A stretch of 53,013 nucleotides of DNA, taken from a virus (lineage: Duplodnaviria; Caudoviricetes). The notes under the pieces are model-generated. The model saw nothing but the letters and a program-made list of their open reading frames with translations. It ran no database searches and was not told the origin of the DNA. Positions 1-8,861 of this stretch are shown one piece after another (the first letter of the stretch is position 1; each line of letters starts with the position of its first letter). Position numbers and translations under genes: made by a program. The DNA is taken from positions 1-53,013 of IMG/VR virus record IMGVR_UViG_3300030380_002303. One strand, written 5' to 3'.

Positions 1-50
1 TTCAATCCCGGCTCAAGTAATTTAGCAAATTGCGCTCTATTCATAGACAT
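1..50 (-). CDS. 5' fragment of the major capsid protein gene (redundant copy from the circular overlap)
   Basis: Encodes MSMNRAQFAKLLEPGL, identical to the start of 51544..52455. Confidence 0.9.
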   Translation of the reverse strand, partial: MSMNRAQFAKLLEPGL

Positions 51-608
51 AAATTACTCTCCTTATATTCCTGCAGTAGCTTTTAATAAGTGCTCATTAA
101 TGAGTACTTCAAGCTGTGCATATTGAGCAAAACTATTAGATGGGTCTTCCCATAAACCAATAACTTTGCATGTTGCTGTTCCAGTGCTTGTGGTTCCTGC
201 TAAGTCAAAACCAGATTGACCTGTTGTTGTTGAACCTGCACCAGCTACTACGTCAGCACATGCACCAACATCTGTTTGTGCAGGTGTGCCTTCTGATTGT
301 ATTCTAAACACAATATATGGGTCATCATACACATAAGCCACAATATCTGTAGCCACTGTGCCTGACGGCCAAAATTTTGAATACACATATTCTCCATCAC
401 TTGCAGTGTATGAAACCCCTGCAAATACACCTATATTATTTGTTTCTGCTGCAGTATGAGGTGTGATTACACCATCTGTTGTCAACACACATAGGTCACC
501 AGTAAAAATATTTTCTGCTAGACCTGATGTTATAGTATATTTGTTTGCTCTTGGGGCATTACCACTCATATGACGGACTACCTTAAAACCATAAGGTGCA
601 TTAGGATT
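1..608. repeat. Imperfect terminal direct repeat, copy 1 (matches 52406-53013)
   Basis: 1-77 identical to 52406-52482 and 532-608 identical to 52937-53013; the interior is colinear with many substitutions. Confidence 0.97.
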
Positions 609-614
609 TGCCAT
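63..614 (-). CDS. Putative capsid decoration/minor head protein, allele A
   Basis: 183 aa, rich in Gly/Thr/Ala, immediately upstream of the MCP on the circular map. Confidence 0.65.
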   Translation of the reverse strand: MANPNAPYGFKVVRHMSGNAPRANKYTITSGLAENIFTGDLCVLTTDGVITPHTAAETNNIGVFAGVSYTASDGEYVYSKFWPSGTVATDIVAYVYDDPYIVFRIQSEGTPAQTDVGACADVVAGAGSTTTGQSGFDLAGTTSTGTATCKVIGLWEDPSNSFAQYAQLEVLINEHLLKATAGI

Positions 615-636
615 AATATTTTCCTTCCGTTAGCGG

Positions 637-1122
637 TTAATCCTCCATGGCAGATAAATTTTCTCTACCACGACTACTGCTAGACTGTCTATCTTGGTAG
701 ATAGGTTGTCCAACTTTACGACCTAAAGAATCTAGTTCACCAGTAAGGGCTTCATTTTGGTCATTGCTTTTTCCTTTGTAATAATCCTTCATCGCTTGAT
801 GTTTTTCTTTTGGCATTTCACATAAAAGCATTCCCTCAATACCTATACAACCTGCCCATTGACCATGGTTGATAGTTGGAAATTTTTGGTCTTTTACTGT
901 ACTAGATTTTCTCGGCTCCCAACCTTCTCGCATACGTTTGTATACGTTGTCTGGAGTTTCCTTACCCTGAATCGTGGTACTTACCCATCGTTGAACCATG
1001 CCCGGTCGTGCTTCTGGTGCATCCAACAATGCTGGTGGAGTCCAATTTGTTTGAGGTCTACTTTCCCCATCTCTAACTGATACTCTCAAATCTTCGTTTC
1101 TTACATTTCTATTTATAGACAT
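637..1122 (-). CDS. Conserved head-module protein
   Basis: WTPPALLDAP..RWV..REGWE pattern; lies between scaffold and decoration genes; TAATG-coupled. Confidence 0.6.
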   Translation of the reverse strand: MSINRNVRNEDLRVSVRDGESRPQTNWTPPALLDAPEARPGMVQRWVSTTIQGKETPDNVYKRMREGWEPRKSSTVKDQKFPTINHGQWAGCIGIEGMLLCEMPKEKHQAMKDYYKGKSNDQNEALTGELDSLGRKVGQPIYQDRQSSSSRGRENLSAMED

Positions 1123-2045
1123 TAGCTATTTCTCCCTTTTAATGTTGAGATTTCCTTAGCATATTTTTTTAATGCGTCTGGGTCTGTAATACCTAATTCT
1201 CTAGCCATAGCAAGTTCCTGCGAAGACATAGTTAATCGTTTTCCTTTATAACCAGAGCCACCTGTAGTTGGTGCAACTGTTTGTCTACTTTTTGCTTTTG
1301 GTTGTTCAGAAACGACTTCATCTTGTGATATTAACTCGGGAAATCTTTTTTGTAAACGATTATTTAGTTCTTGATAATATGTTGGAGAATTTTTATCAAA
1401 ACCCTCTATATCTAATTGAACATCTATTGCTCTTGCTAAAGCTGTTTCTTGGTCAAATCCTTTTGCATTAAACCAATTATTTTTTTGCCACCAATCTTGT
1501 GCAAGTGCAGGTGCAGGGTTTTGTTGTACATAATTAGCTTTATCTACTGTTGGTGATACATTTTGTGCTTTGTTTTGTTTTTCTATTCTTTGTAAAGCTA
1601 AACTTGTTTTTAAATCAACTAATTCTTCATTAAATTTAACTTGTGCTTCTGTATCGCCTTCTTCAATTGCTTTTGCAAGAGCTTTTTTAGTTAAATTATA
1701 ATGTTCTGCAAGTTGATTTTGCCCTGCTTTTTCATTATTCTGTTCAATTTTTGCTAATCTTTGTGATACAGATTGCAATTCATTTTGCAGATTATTTGCT
1801 CTTTCTTCAGCTTCATTTTTATCGGCAAGTATTTTTTTTATTCTTTTTTGTACACTTGCACTATATTTTGCATCTTCAATTTTTTTCTTTTCTTTTTTAT
1901 CTTCTTCTTCTTTTACATTAGATTTTTCAACTTCATCTGTAATTTCTAATTCTATTTCATTATTTTTATTTTTTGTTTCTTCAATAGCTTCATTTATTTC
2001 AGCATTAACTTTATCTAATGCTTCATTTTGTTCAACATTTTCCAT
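1122..2045 (-). CDS. Putative capsid scaffolding protein
   Basis: Acidic N-terminus, long coiled coil, C-terminal LTxSQELAMARELGI..KYAKE helix pair; position upstream of the MCP. Confidence 0.7.
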   Translation of the reverse strand: MENVEQNEALDKVNAEINEAIEETKNKNNEIELEITDEVEKSNVKEEEDKKEKKKIEDAKYSASVQKRIKKILADKNEAEERANNLQNELQSVSQRLAKIEQNNEKAGQNQLAEHYNLTKKALAKAIEEGDTEAQVKFNEELVDLKTSLALQRIEKQNKAQNVSPTVDKANYVQQNPAPALAQDWWQKNNWFNAKGFDQETALARAIDVQLDIEGFDKNSPTYYQELNNRLQKRFPELISQDEVVSEQPKAKSRQTVAPTTGGSGYKGKRLTMSSQELAMARELGITDPDALKKYAKEISTLKGRNS

Positions 2046-2058
2046 ATTTATCTCCTAA

Positions 2059-2457
2059 TTATATGTATGCAGTTACTTCAACTTCATCTGGTAATATTGC
2101 AGTTATTTCATCATCATTAAGAAGTAAAAATCTTACATTATTAACAACAATTTTTTGCCCTGCATATTTGCCATAAGTTACTTTATCGCCAATTTGTGGA
2201 ATAATTTCTTGTTTCCACTTAGCACCTGTTTCTCTTTCTCTATAGGCAAGTTCGCCAAGAGCCATAACAGTGCCATGAGCAGTTAGAATTTGCTCATTTT
2301 CTTTAACTTTGTCTGGCAAAAGTATGCCACCTTTTGTTTCTGCTTTGATATCATTAGGTTGTATTAAAACTTTCCAATTCATTGGTCTTGGAAGTTGGTG
2401 AGTACCAATAGATGCCTTTGTAACACTATCAGTAATAATTGCGTGTTGATGACTCAC
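2059..2457 (-). CDS. groES: Co-chaperonin GroES (Cpn10) homolog
   Basis: PMNWKVLI, ETKGGILLP mobile loop, GDKVTYGKYAG, LLNDDEITA motifs. Confidence 0.92.
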   Translation of the reverse strand: MSHQHAIITDSVTKASIGTHQLPRPMNWKVLIQPNDIKAETKGGILLPDKVKENEQILTAHGTVMALGELAYRERETGAKWKQEIIPQIGDKVTYGKYAGQKIVVNNVRFLLLNDDEITAILPDEVEVTAYI

Positions 2458-2459
2458 GA

Positions 2460-2654
2460 TTACATCTCCTTATCTATTTTTTTTAATGTCTCGTCAATGA
2501 TTTCAGATGATTGTTCCAATCCTTCTGCAACACCAACGGCTTTTTGATATTGAATGTGGTCAGACATTCTGCCTAAAACCATGTCATTCGCTATCTGTTG
2601 TTTTCTCTCCTGTAGGTTCTTCTTTATCTGATTTAACAGGTCTATTGTGTTCAT
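2460..2654 (-). CDS. Small helical head-module protein
   Basis: 64 aa with YQKAVGVAEGL; GGGGAGG RBS; directly upstream of groES. Confidence 0.7.
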   Translation of the reverse strand: MNTIDLLNQIKKNLQERKQQIANDMVLGRMSDHIQYQKAVGVAEGLEQSSEIIDETLKKIDKEM

Positions 2655-2716
2655 TTATTTCAGCCTCCCCAGACATAGAAACACCTGTTACATTAACTGT
2701 AACATCTTTTCTTTCT

Positions 2717-2821
2717 TTATGCTCTGCCATAACTTTTCTTGCCTTTTTTCTTCATTGGCTTTTTTTTCATAGCAGTTTTTGTTGTTTTGTTCATGCCTTT
2801 TTTCTTTTTACCATGATACAT
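2717..2821 (-). CDS. Lysine-rich microprotein (34 aa; not in the ORF track)
   Basis: MYHGKKKKGMNKTTKTAMKKKPMKKKGKKSYGRA preceded by a strong AAAGGAGG RBS. Confidence 0.65.
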   Translation of the reverse strand: MYHGKKKKGMNKTTKTAMKKKPMKKKGKKSYGRA

Positions 2822-2918
2822 TTTCTTTCCTCCTTTCAAAAGTTTAGAAAATAATGTTCTGTTTAACATAATTAAATGTAACACTTAATTAAATTAATTA
2901 AAGTATTATTTAAAAAAA

Positions 2919-2961
2919 AACACTTTTTGTGTTGACATATCATAATAAATAATGTTATTAT
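2919..2961 (+). promoter_or_regulatory. Early-type promoter with operator AACAC-N5-GTGTT overlapping TTGACA
   Basis: AACACTTTTTGTGTT at 2919-2933, TTGACA at 2932-2937, TGtTATTAT at 2953-2961. Confidence 0.8.
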
Positions 2962-3009
2962 ATATTTATAAATATAAAATGTATAAACATAAATAAGGGA
3001 GAAAACAAA

Positions 3010-3366
3010 ATGCAGACTACATTAAATACAAATATAACAGGTAAGGGTAATTATAGAGATTATGTTAATAAAGCTCCACACCCTACAAATTCATATTTTA
3101 ATTTTGAAAGACAATCTTCAAAAAAACATATGTTTGGTTGGAATACAGATGTTCCTGCTTGGAATATACAATTTACATTAGATGGTTATAATTATAAGAC
3201 TGTCGGTGTTATAACTGTCTTTTCAGATGGTGTTATGGGTTCTTTAGATGATACAACAAATTCTTTAATGAATGTATCTGGTAAAGACCCTTTTGAGTTA
3301 TTTGTTGAATTAGTAAATAAAGCTAATTTTGATAAATTAGAAGATAAATTTAGTGTTAAATATTAA
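3010..3366 (+). CDS. Hypothetical early protein
   Basis: 118 aa, behind the promoter and a GGGAGAAAACAAAATG leader. Confidence 0.75.
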   Translation: MQTTLNTNITGKGNYRDYVNKAPHPTNSYFNFERQSSKKHMFGWNTDVPAWNIQFTLDGYNYKTVGVITVFSDGVMGSLDDTTNSLMNVSGKDPFELFVELVNKANFDKLEDKFSVKY

Positions 3367-3380
3367 TAGGGAGAAAACAA

Positions 3381-3611
3381 ATGAAAGATAAAATTACAAA
3401 ATCAGAAGCAAAGAAACTCTGTGAGCAACAGGGTTTCACTCTTGATGTGTTAAATCAAATGTTTGATGTTACACGAGAACCTAGAAAATATACATTTACA
3501 GTAGAAAATGAAAGACAATTTGCCATCAAGGTTCTAAATCCAATTTCAAATTTAAATCAAAGAGAAAGGGAAAGAGTATTGCAAAGAGCAATAAAAATGA
3601 ATAGGATTTAA
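3381..3611 (+). CDS. Hypothetical early protein
   Basis: 76 aa with a GGGAGAAAACAAATG leader. Confidence 0.75.
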   Translation: MKDKITKSEAKKLCEQQGFTLDVLNQMFDVTREPRKYTFTVENERQFAIKVLNPISNLNQRERERVLQRAIKMNRI

Positions 3612-3663
3612 TTGTACATATAAATTGTACATTTACGCATCCTCCCTTGAAAGCTCCTGCTAT

Positions 3664-4158
3664 TTATTTAGTAGGAGTTTTTATGTTTTCAATTGGTGTT
3701 ATTTTATTTTTCAAAGATTTTAAAAAATTACGAACAGGTCTTATTGCAACTGCAGTAAATGGAACACCTTCTGCAACACCTAATTGCATATCTAATAATG
3801 GCAATCCCAATTTAGCAATCCCTTGACCTTTGTTAGTAATTAAATCAGCAATTGTCATTCCTGCTATTGTTGGACCTTTTGTCATTGCTAATGTATAAAA
3901 CATTTTTCTTTCTGTTTCATCTGGTATTAATTTTTCTAATTCTCTTTTGCCTTCTTGTCCTGCAAATAAAGTACCCAATGTTGTAAAATCTAATAAACCC
4001 ATTTCTTCTTCTGTTCCAGAAAATGATTGTGCGATATCTTGATTTGTTTTTTCACCTTTTCTTACAGATGGGTCCATCACACCGAAACCCTGCAAATAAT
4101 CAAATACATCTGTTAATGTATCTTCTGTTCCTTTTCTAAATGTTTTATCATGTTCCAT
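3664..4158 (-). CDS. Hypothetical protein, last gene of the portal operon
   Basis: 164 aa, TAATG-coupled, with Gly-rich hydrophobic segments. Confidence 0.7.
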   Translation of the reverse strand: MEHDKTFRKGTEDTLTDVFDYLQGFGVMDPSVRKGEKTNQDIAQSFSGTEEEMGLLDFTTLGTLFAGQEGKRELEKLIPDETERKMFYTLAMTKGPTIAGMTIADLITNKGQGIAKLGLPLLDMQLGVAEGVPFTAVAIRPVRNFLKSLKNKITPIENIKTPTK

Positions 4159-4571
4159 TAAAATCTCTTTTCAAATGTAATATTTGCACCAGTTGGTTTT
4201 GATATGTCATCTTCAAATCTTGTGTCTAATCTTACAGATGATGTGTCATCAATAGGTAAACCTAAATAAGCTCTCATTTGTCTTAAAGACAATCCAGAAC
4301 CAAATTTTTGTGATGCAGGTGCTCCCATTTTTTGTAAATCTTGAGGAAAATTAGTTTCTCCCTCAACAAAAAAAGGTGAAATGCCTCCACCAAATTGAAC
4401 ACCAGATGGTGTTTCAAAATCTAAATCTATATTACCCATAATCAAATCAGTTTCAGTTGTTATTGGATTTGGTGATATTGGTATGTAATCTCTTTGTTTT
4501 AGCTTTTTACCTTCTATTTCTATTCTTGGTATTTTCATATTTAAACTTTTAAGAAATTCATTTACATTCAT
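4158..4571 (-). CDS. Hypothetical beta-rich protein ending in Phe
   Basis: 137 aa; C-terminus ANITFEKRF; coupled to genes on both sides. Confidence 0.7.
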   Translation of the reverse strand: MNVNEFLKSLNMKIPRIEIEGKKLKQRDYIPISPNPITTETDLIMGNIDLDFETPSGVQFGGGISPFFVEGETNFPQDLQKMGAPASQKFGSGLSLRQMRAYLGLPIDDTSSVRLDTRFEDDISKPTGANITFEKRF

Positions 4572-4762
4572 TATACTTGTCCTGCTGATAATGTTTTTGC
4601 TAATATTTTAAGTGTTTCATTAAATGATTTGTCAAGTTTTTTTGCTAATTGAGCAAATTTTTTTGGACTTACATCATCTGTAGTTATTTTTCTTCTTTCT
4701 AAATATTTTTTAGCGGCTCTAATTTCTGCATTTGCCACTTTTTTTATAGCTGTTTTTGCCAT
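4571..4762 (-). CDS. Small basic protein
   Basis: 63 aa, Lys/Ala-rich, AGGAG RBS. Confidence 0.75.
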   Translation of the reverse strand: MAKTAIKKVANAEIRAAKKYLERRKITTDDVSPKKFAQLAKKLDKSFNETLKILAKTLSAGQV

Positions 4763-4764
4763 AT

Positions 4765-5256
4765 TTACTCCTTTGGAAAATAACCAAATTCATTTAGGTC
4801 ATTGCCATCTGAAAACAAATCTTTAACTTTTACTTTCATTGATAATACTTTTCCAGATTGTTGTCCATCTATACCATATCCACTTTGACCATGCATTTCT
4901 GCATAACTTCTACTTAAAGTTACAAAATCTCCATGATTTATTGTATTTATATTATCATCATCAGGCACTGCTCTAAATATAGTTACCTCTGCTTCTGGGT
5001 CTCCTTTTACATTCTGGATGATTTCAAAACTCTCTCTATCAAATATGTTATTAGGATTACCATAATATCTTAATCCTTCTGGCGAATAAATGTCATCTGG
5101 AAAAACTTCTCCACCTTTTGTCATATCATCTAACCTTGCACCATCTGGTCTTGGTTGATGTTGCAATCTATATGATGTATCTAATGCACCAGATTTATCA
5201 GGTAGTTTTTGTACAGCCTTATTTAACATTTGTATCATTTTTCTATATTTAGACAT
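4765..5256 (-). CDS. Putative ADP-ribosyltransferase-fold protein
   Basis: VTIFRAVP / GDFVTLSRSYAEMH / DGNDLNEFGY pattern resembles the R-S-E ART core. Confidence 0.5.
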   Translation of the reverse strand: MSKYRKMIQMLNKAVQKLPDKSGALDTSYRLQHQPRPDGARLDDMTKGGEVFPDDIYSPEGLRYYGNPNNIFDRESFEIIQNVKGDPEAEVTIFRAVPDDDNINTINHGDFVTLSRSYAEMHGQSGYGIDGQQSGKVLSMKVKVKDLFSDGNDLNEFGYFPKE

Positions 5257-8192
5257 TATAAAACTTCATCTTCTACAATATCTTCTTCAGAACCTAATAA
5301 TTTTGATGTAACAACACCTGTTAAACCTGTTCCAATAATTGGTGTATATAATGAAACACCACTATCAATATATTTTTTTGCATTTGTATCTACTTTTTTA
5401 AGTGTGCCATCAATATTATAAGCACCTTCTTTTTTTAAATATATTGTTGGTGAATCTTTAATATAACCTCCATCAGTCTCAATATTCATGCCTTCTTCTA
5501 ACACTTGAATAAAATCATAATCTTCTGGTATATGTTCATCATAATCTAATGAGTCATCTTTATATTTATCTAAAAATGATTTATCTGTAAATATTGTTTC
5601 GTTTTCAATTTCAACACCTGTTTGTTTAAATAAATCATTTAATACTTTTGGTATTGTTTTATCATAATAATCTTTTAATTCAGGACTATTCCATCTTTGA
5701 GCATGTATTAATCCATTTGAAAATGAAACACCATCATATCCATTTTTAGATGCGTATGTTAATGCGTTCTTAATAGCTAATTCAGTAAATCTTTCTGTAG
5801 AACCTACAAATGGTGCTGATGGATATGATTCTGACAATGGATTTATTCTTGTATTGTAACTTACAGCTTTGGATAAATTTGTTTTTAAATTTTTTAATGT
5901 ATCAAAGACTTCTTGTTTTGCATTTGGACTATAATCAAATGTTTTTAATTCATCAGCATCAAATTTATCTGCTTTATTCAAAATACCATCTAATTCACTA
6001 TTATAATACATAGCTTTGAAAGTTTTAAATTTTTCTTGTGCTTTTTGTACAGGCTCATTACTAAATTCATGTACATCTACATCTACATTATCTAAAAAAT
6101 CTTGTTTAGAAATATCTTCTAATCTTAAAAAATTGTCTAATGCATTATTTTCAAGTTCTTTAAATCTTTGTTTTGAATAATATAATTTAAACAAATCTTC
6201 TATCTCATTTGATGAAAGAAATGCTTTTGTATTTCTTAATAAACTATTTAATTCAGAATTAAATGTAGATTTAATAACAGGGTTTTCAGTCTCTCCTCTT
6301 TGAATTTGTCTTTTGTATCTTTCTTGCAATTTTATTAATTCTTGATTATTAGTTTGTTTTTTCAAAAGTTTATCTTTTAATATATCAAAAAACACACCTG
6401 CTTTTAATGTTTCAATTTGTTCCTCTATATATTGTGGCTCTACATAATCATCTACATTTGTGTATAATTTATCTTCGTAACCAATAAGACTTTTTTCTAC
6501 ATCTGCCTGTACCTCTGGTTTATAAACATATGTATTATTTTTTAATAATTTATCTATATTAGCATCTGATACAACTTCTTTGAATTGAGCAACATTATTT
6601 TTAGAAATGCCTTGATTTACTAAATTCTGTAATTGTTTTGGCTTTAATGTTAAATATTTATATTTTGTCATTTGTTTTTTAATTAAATCTTCTAATGAAT
6701 AACCAATATTTTTTAAACCAGATTCATCTAAATATTTTGAACTAATTGGTGCATCTTTATGTCCAACAAATGATTGTCCAATGCCTGTAATCTTTGAATC
6801 TTGTGCATTTGGCATAATTGTTTGTCTTACACCTTTATATTCATCAATGTTTGTTATTTGTTTTAAATTATTAAAATCATCCAATATATCACCATAAATT
6901 ACAGAATTTTTTGTATTTATAAAATTCTTTTTTTCTGATTGTCCCATTAACAATTTACCACGACCTCTTTGTGATAAATCTGATTGTATTTCTTCAACAT
7001 ATAATATTTTATTACCATCAATATCTGTTCTATCTTTTGTTCTTAACCATGTTAAAACATTCGGTTCATAAAAATGTGTTGAATTTACATATTCAGGTTT
7101 TATTCTCATTATTTCTTTTGTTTCAGGATTCATCTGAAATTTGCCGGGTTCACCAGAATATGCTTCTACAACATTACCATCTTCTAATGCTTTTACTCTA
7201 TCTGCATCAAAGATAATTTCTTTATCACCAAATTTAACAGACCTCATTCCTGTTTCTGTTGTACTGTAAGTTGCATCTTTGGGAATAATTTTTGCTTTTG
7301 ACATTATTTCTTTTGTATCTGTTAATTTACCTAAATTTTCAGAATATTTGTCTGGCAAACTTTCCATTGATAATACAATTTCTTGATAATTATCACCACC
7401 GGGCAAAGTATAAGCCTCATGTCTTGGCGATAAATCATATCTTGATTGTTGTATTGGATTATTTTTCCTAAATTTTTCTTCTCTTAATGAATTAACAATC
7501 AAACCTGATTCATTTAATGATGGGAAAAGACTATTTTGTCCATCAGGAACAAACAATTTACCATTTTCATAGACCTCATAACCATAATCGTCACTTCCTC
7601 TTATATCATATATATCTTTGCCTTCTTGAAATCTATATTGTACCAATTCTGGTCTTATATTAAATTCACCACCCATAAATTTCACATTGTCTGGATTTAA
7701 TTCTTCAATCTCAATTGCTGATATTGTTTCTTTTAAATCATCTGTATGTGGTAATAATTTTGGTTTATCTATCAAAGATTGATATAATTCTGGTTCAGTA
7801 AAATCAGAAGCTCCTATATCACTAAAATCAATTTTATAAAATGCATAATCACCTTGACCTGCTTCTTTCATTTTCTTTTCAGATTTAACAATTTGGTCTA
7901 TTTCTGTTTTATTATCTGATAGATAATTTAATAATTCTTCTTTTGTAACTTTTGGTGTTGTTGCAAAAGCATCTTCAACACCTGTAAATAACATTTCTTC
8001 TTTAACAGATTTGCCACCAATTTTTTTCATTTGTGAAAACATTTGTTCTGGTGTGCCTTTTTTTTGTTCCATTATGTCCAAAACTTTTTCTGTAGGTGAA
8101 AAAAAGCCTTCTGGATTTAATGCACCAAAACCTTTTTCTTCTGGTTTTAATGCACGAGCACCAAATTTCAATATGTTTAATAATTTACTCAT
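5256..8192 (-). CDS. Large putative virion-packaged (polyvalent-type) protein
   Basis: 978 aa; LPGGDNYQEIVL..HF..RTDIDGNKILYVEEIQSD..APF..ELAIKNALTYASKNGYDGV blocks typical of large phage polyvalent proteins. Confidence 0.6.
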   Translation of the reverse strand: MSKLLNILKFGARALKPEEKGFGALNPEGFFSPTEKVLDIMEQKKGTPEQMFSQMKKIGGKSVKEEMLFTGVEDAFATTPKVTKEELLNYLSDNKTEIDQIVKSEKKMKEAGQGDYAFYKIDFSDIGASDFTEPELYQSLIDKPKLLPHTDDLKETISAIEIEELNPDNVKFMGGEFNIRPELVQYRFQEGKDIYDIRGSDDYGYEVYENGKLFVPDGQNSLFPSLNESGLIVNSLREEKFRKNNPIQQSRYDLSPRHEAYTLPGGDNYQEIVLSMESLPDKYSENLGKLTDTKEIMSKAKIIPKDATYSTTETGMRSVKFGDKEIIFDADRVKALEDGNVVEAYSGEPGKFQMNPETKEIMRIKPEYVNSTHFYEPNVLTWLRTKDRTDIDGNKILYVEEIQSDLSQRGRGKLLMGQSEKKNFINTKNSVIYGDILDDFNNLKQITNIDEYKGVRQTIMPNAQDSKITGIGQSFVGHKDAPISSKYLDESGLKNIGYSLEDLIKKQMTKYKYLTLKPKQLQNLVNQGISKNNVAQFKEVVSDANIDKLLKNNTYVYKPEVQADVEKSLIGYEDKLYTNVDDYVEPQYIEEQIETLKAGVFFDILKDKLLKKQTNNQELIKLQERYKRQIQRGETENPVIKSTFNSELNSLLRNTKAFLSSNEIEDLFKLYYSKQRFKELENNALDNFLRLEDISKQDFLDNVDVDVHEFSNEPVQKAQEKFKTFKAMYYNSELDGILNKADKFDADELKTFDYSPNAKQEVFDTLKNLKTNLSKAVSYNTRINPLSESYPSAPFVGSTERFTELAIKNALTYASKNGYDGVSFSNGLIHAQRWNSPELKDYYDKTIPKVLNDLFKQTGVEIENETIFTDKSFLDKYKDDSLDYDEHIPEDYDFIQVLEEGMNIETDGGYIKDSPTIYLKKEGAYNIDGTLKKVDTNAKKYIDSGVSLYTPIIGTGLTGVVTSKLLGSEEDIVEDEVL

Positions 8193-8848
8193 GTATCTTT
8201 TTTTGCCTGTAAACTAATATTTGCAGAAAATGACCTTCTTTCACCTTCACCAAAAAATGGATATACTGTATGAAATAAATGAGCAGGAAAAATAAATATA
8301 TCTCCTACAATTGGCATACAACATAGATTGCCCGGTGTTACAACAGAACTTGAGCCAAATATAAAATCAATATATCCTTCTGTTGCATATTTTTCTTTGA
8401 CATTTCTTGAGTTTTTATGACTTATTCCCTCTGGTACTTTTAAATATGCAACACATGAGAAAGTGCCATTTGTGTGTATATGAGTAGGATTATAATCTCC
8501 TTCAAATGACCTTACAAACCATGAACTGTGTATTAATATTTCTTGTGCTGTCTTTTCATCTGACCTTACATGATTTTCTTTCATAAATTCATCATGTAAT
8601 CCTCTTGTAAGATTACCAAGAAAACCACCAAATGCATGTAATTCTGGGTCTTTTATATTACATCTTAATTCTTCTGCAACATGACCTACTAATTCATGTG
8701 ATTCATCTAATTCTTCTCTTTTATTGTCATCTTCTAAAATTTTGTCGCATTGTTTGTTTAATGCATCAACAAATTGTTTTGGCATTTTTGCATGTAATAT
8801 ACGAGGTCCAAATGGTCTTAATATATTAACTTCAAGTTGTTCTGACAT
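8189..8848 (-). CDS. 2OG-Fe(II) oxygenase (TIGR02466/2OG-FeII_Oxy_5-like)
   Basis: YNPTHIH, FSCVAYLKVP, GDIFIFPAHLFHTVYP, RRSFSAN motifs. Confidence 0.85.
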   Translation of the reverse strand: MSEQLEVNILRPFGPRILHAKMPKQFVDALNKQCDKILEDDNKREELDESHELVGHVAEELRCNIKDPELHAFGGFLGNLTRGLHDEFMKENHVRSDEKTAQEILIHSSWFVRSFEGDYNPTHIHTNGTFSCVAYLKVPEGISHKNSRNVKEKYATEGYIDFIFGSSSVVTPGNLCCMPIVGDIFIFPAHLFHTVYPFFGEGERRSFSANISLQAKKDT

Positions 8849-8861
8849 AGATATTCCTCCT

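Noticed and set aside
1-608. True direct terminal repeat or tandem gene duplication
   Set aside because: Physical terminal repeats should be identical. Exactly 77-nt identical flanks and truncation mid-gene fit an assembly bubble.
2584-2730. 48-aa minus-strand ORF MAEHKERKDV
   Set aside because: Overlaps the next gene by about 70 nt and has a weak RBS; possible but unsupported
3610-3632. AATTGTACAT direct repeat between convergent genes
   Set aside because: Two short AT-rich copies only; not distinguishable from chance
8189-8848. TET/JBP DNA dioxygenase partner for the glycosyltransferase
   Set aside because: HxH motif and overall pattern fit the TIGR02466-like family rather than HxD TET/JBP, and no cytosine methylase is present
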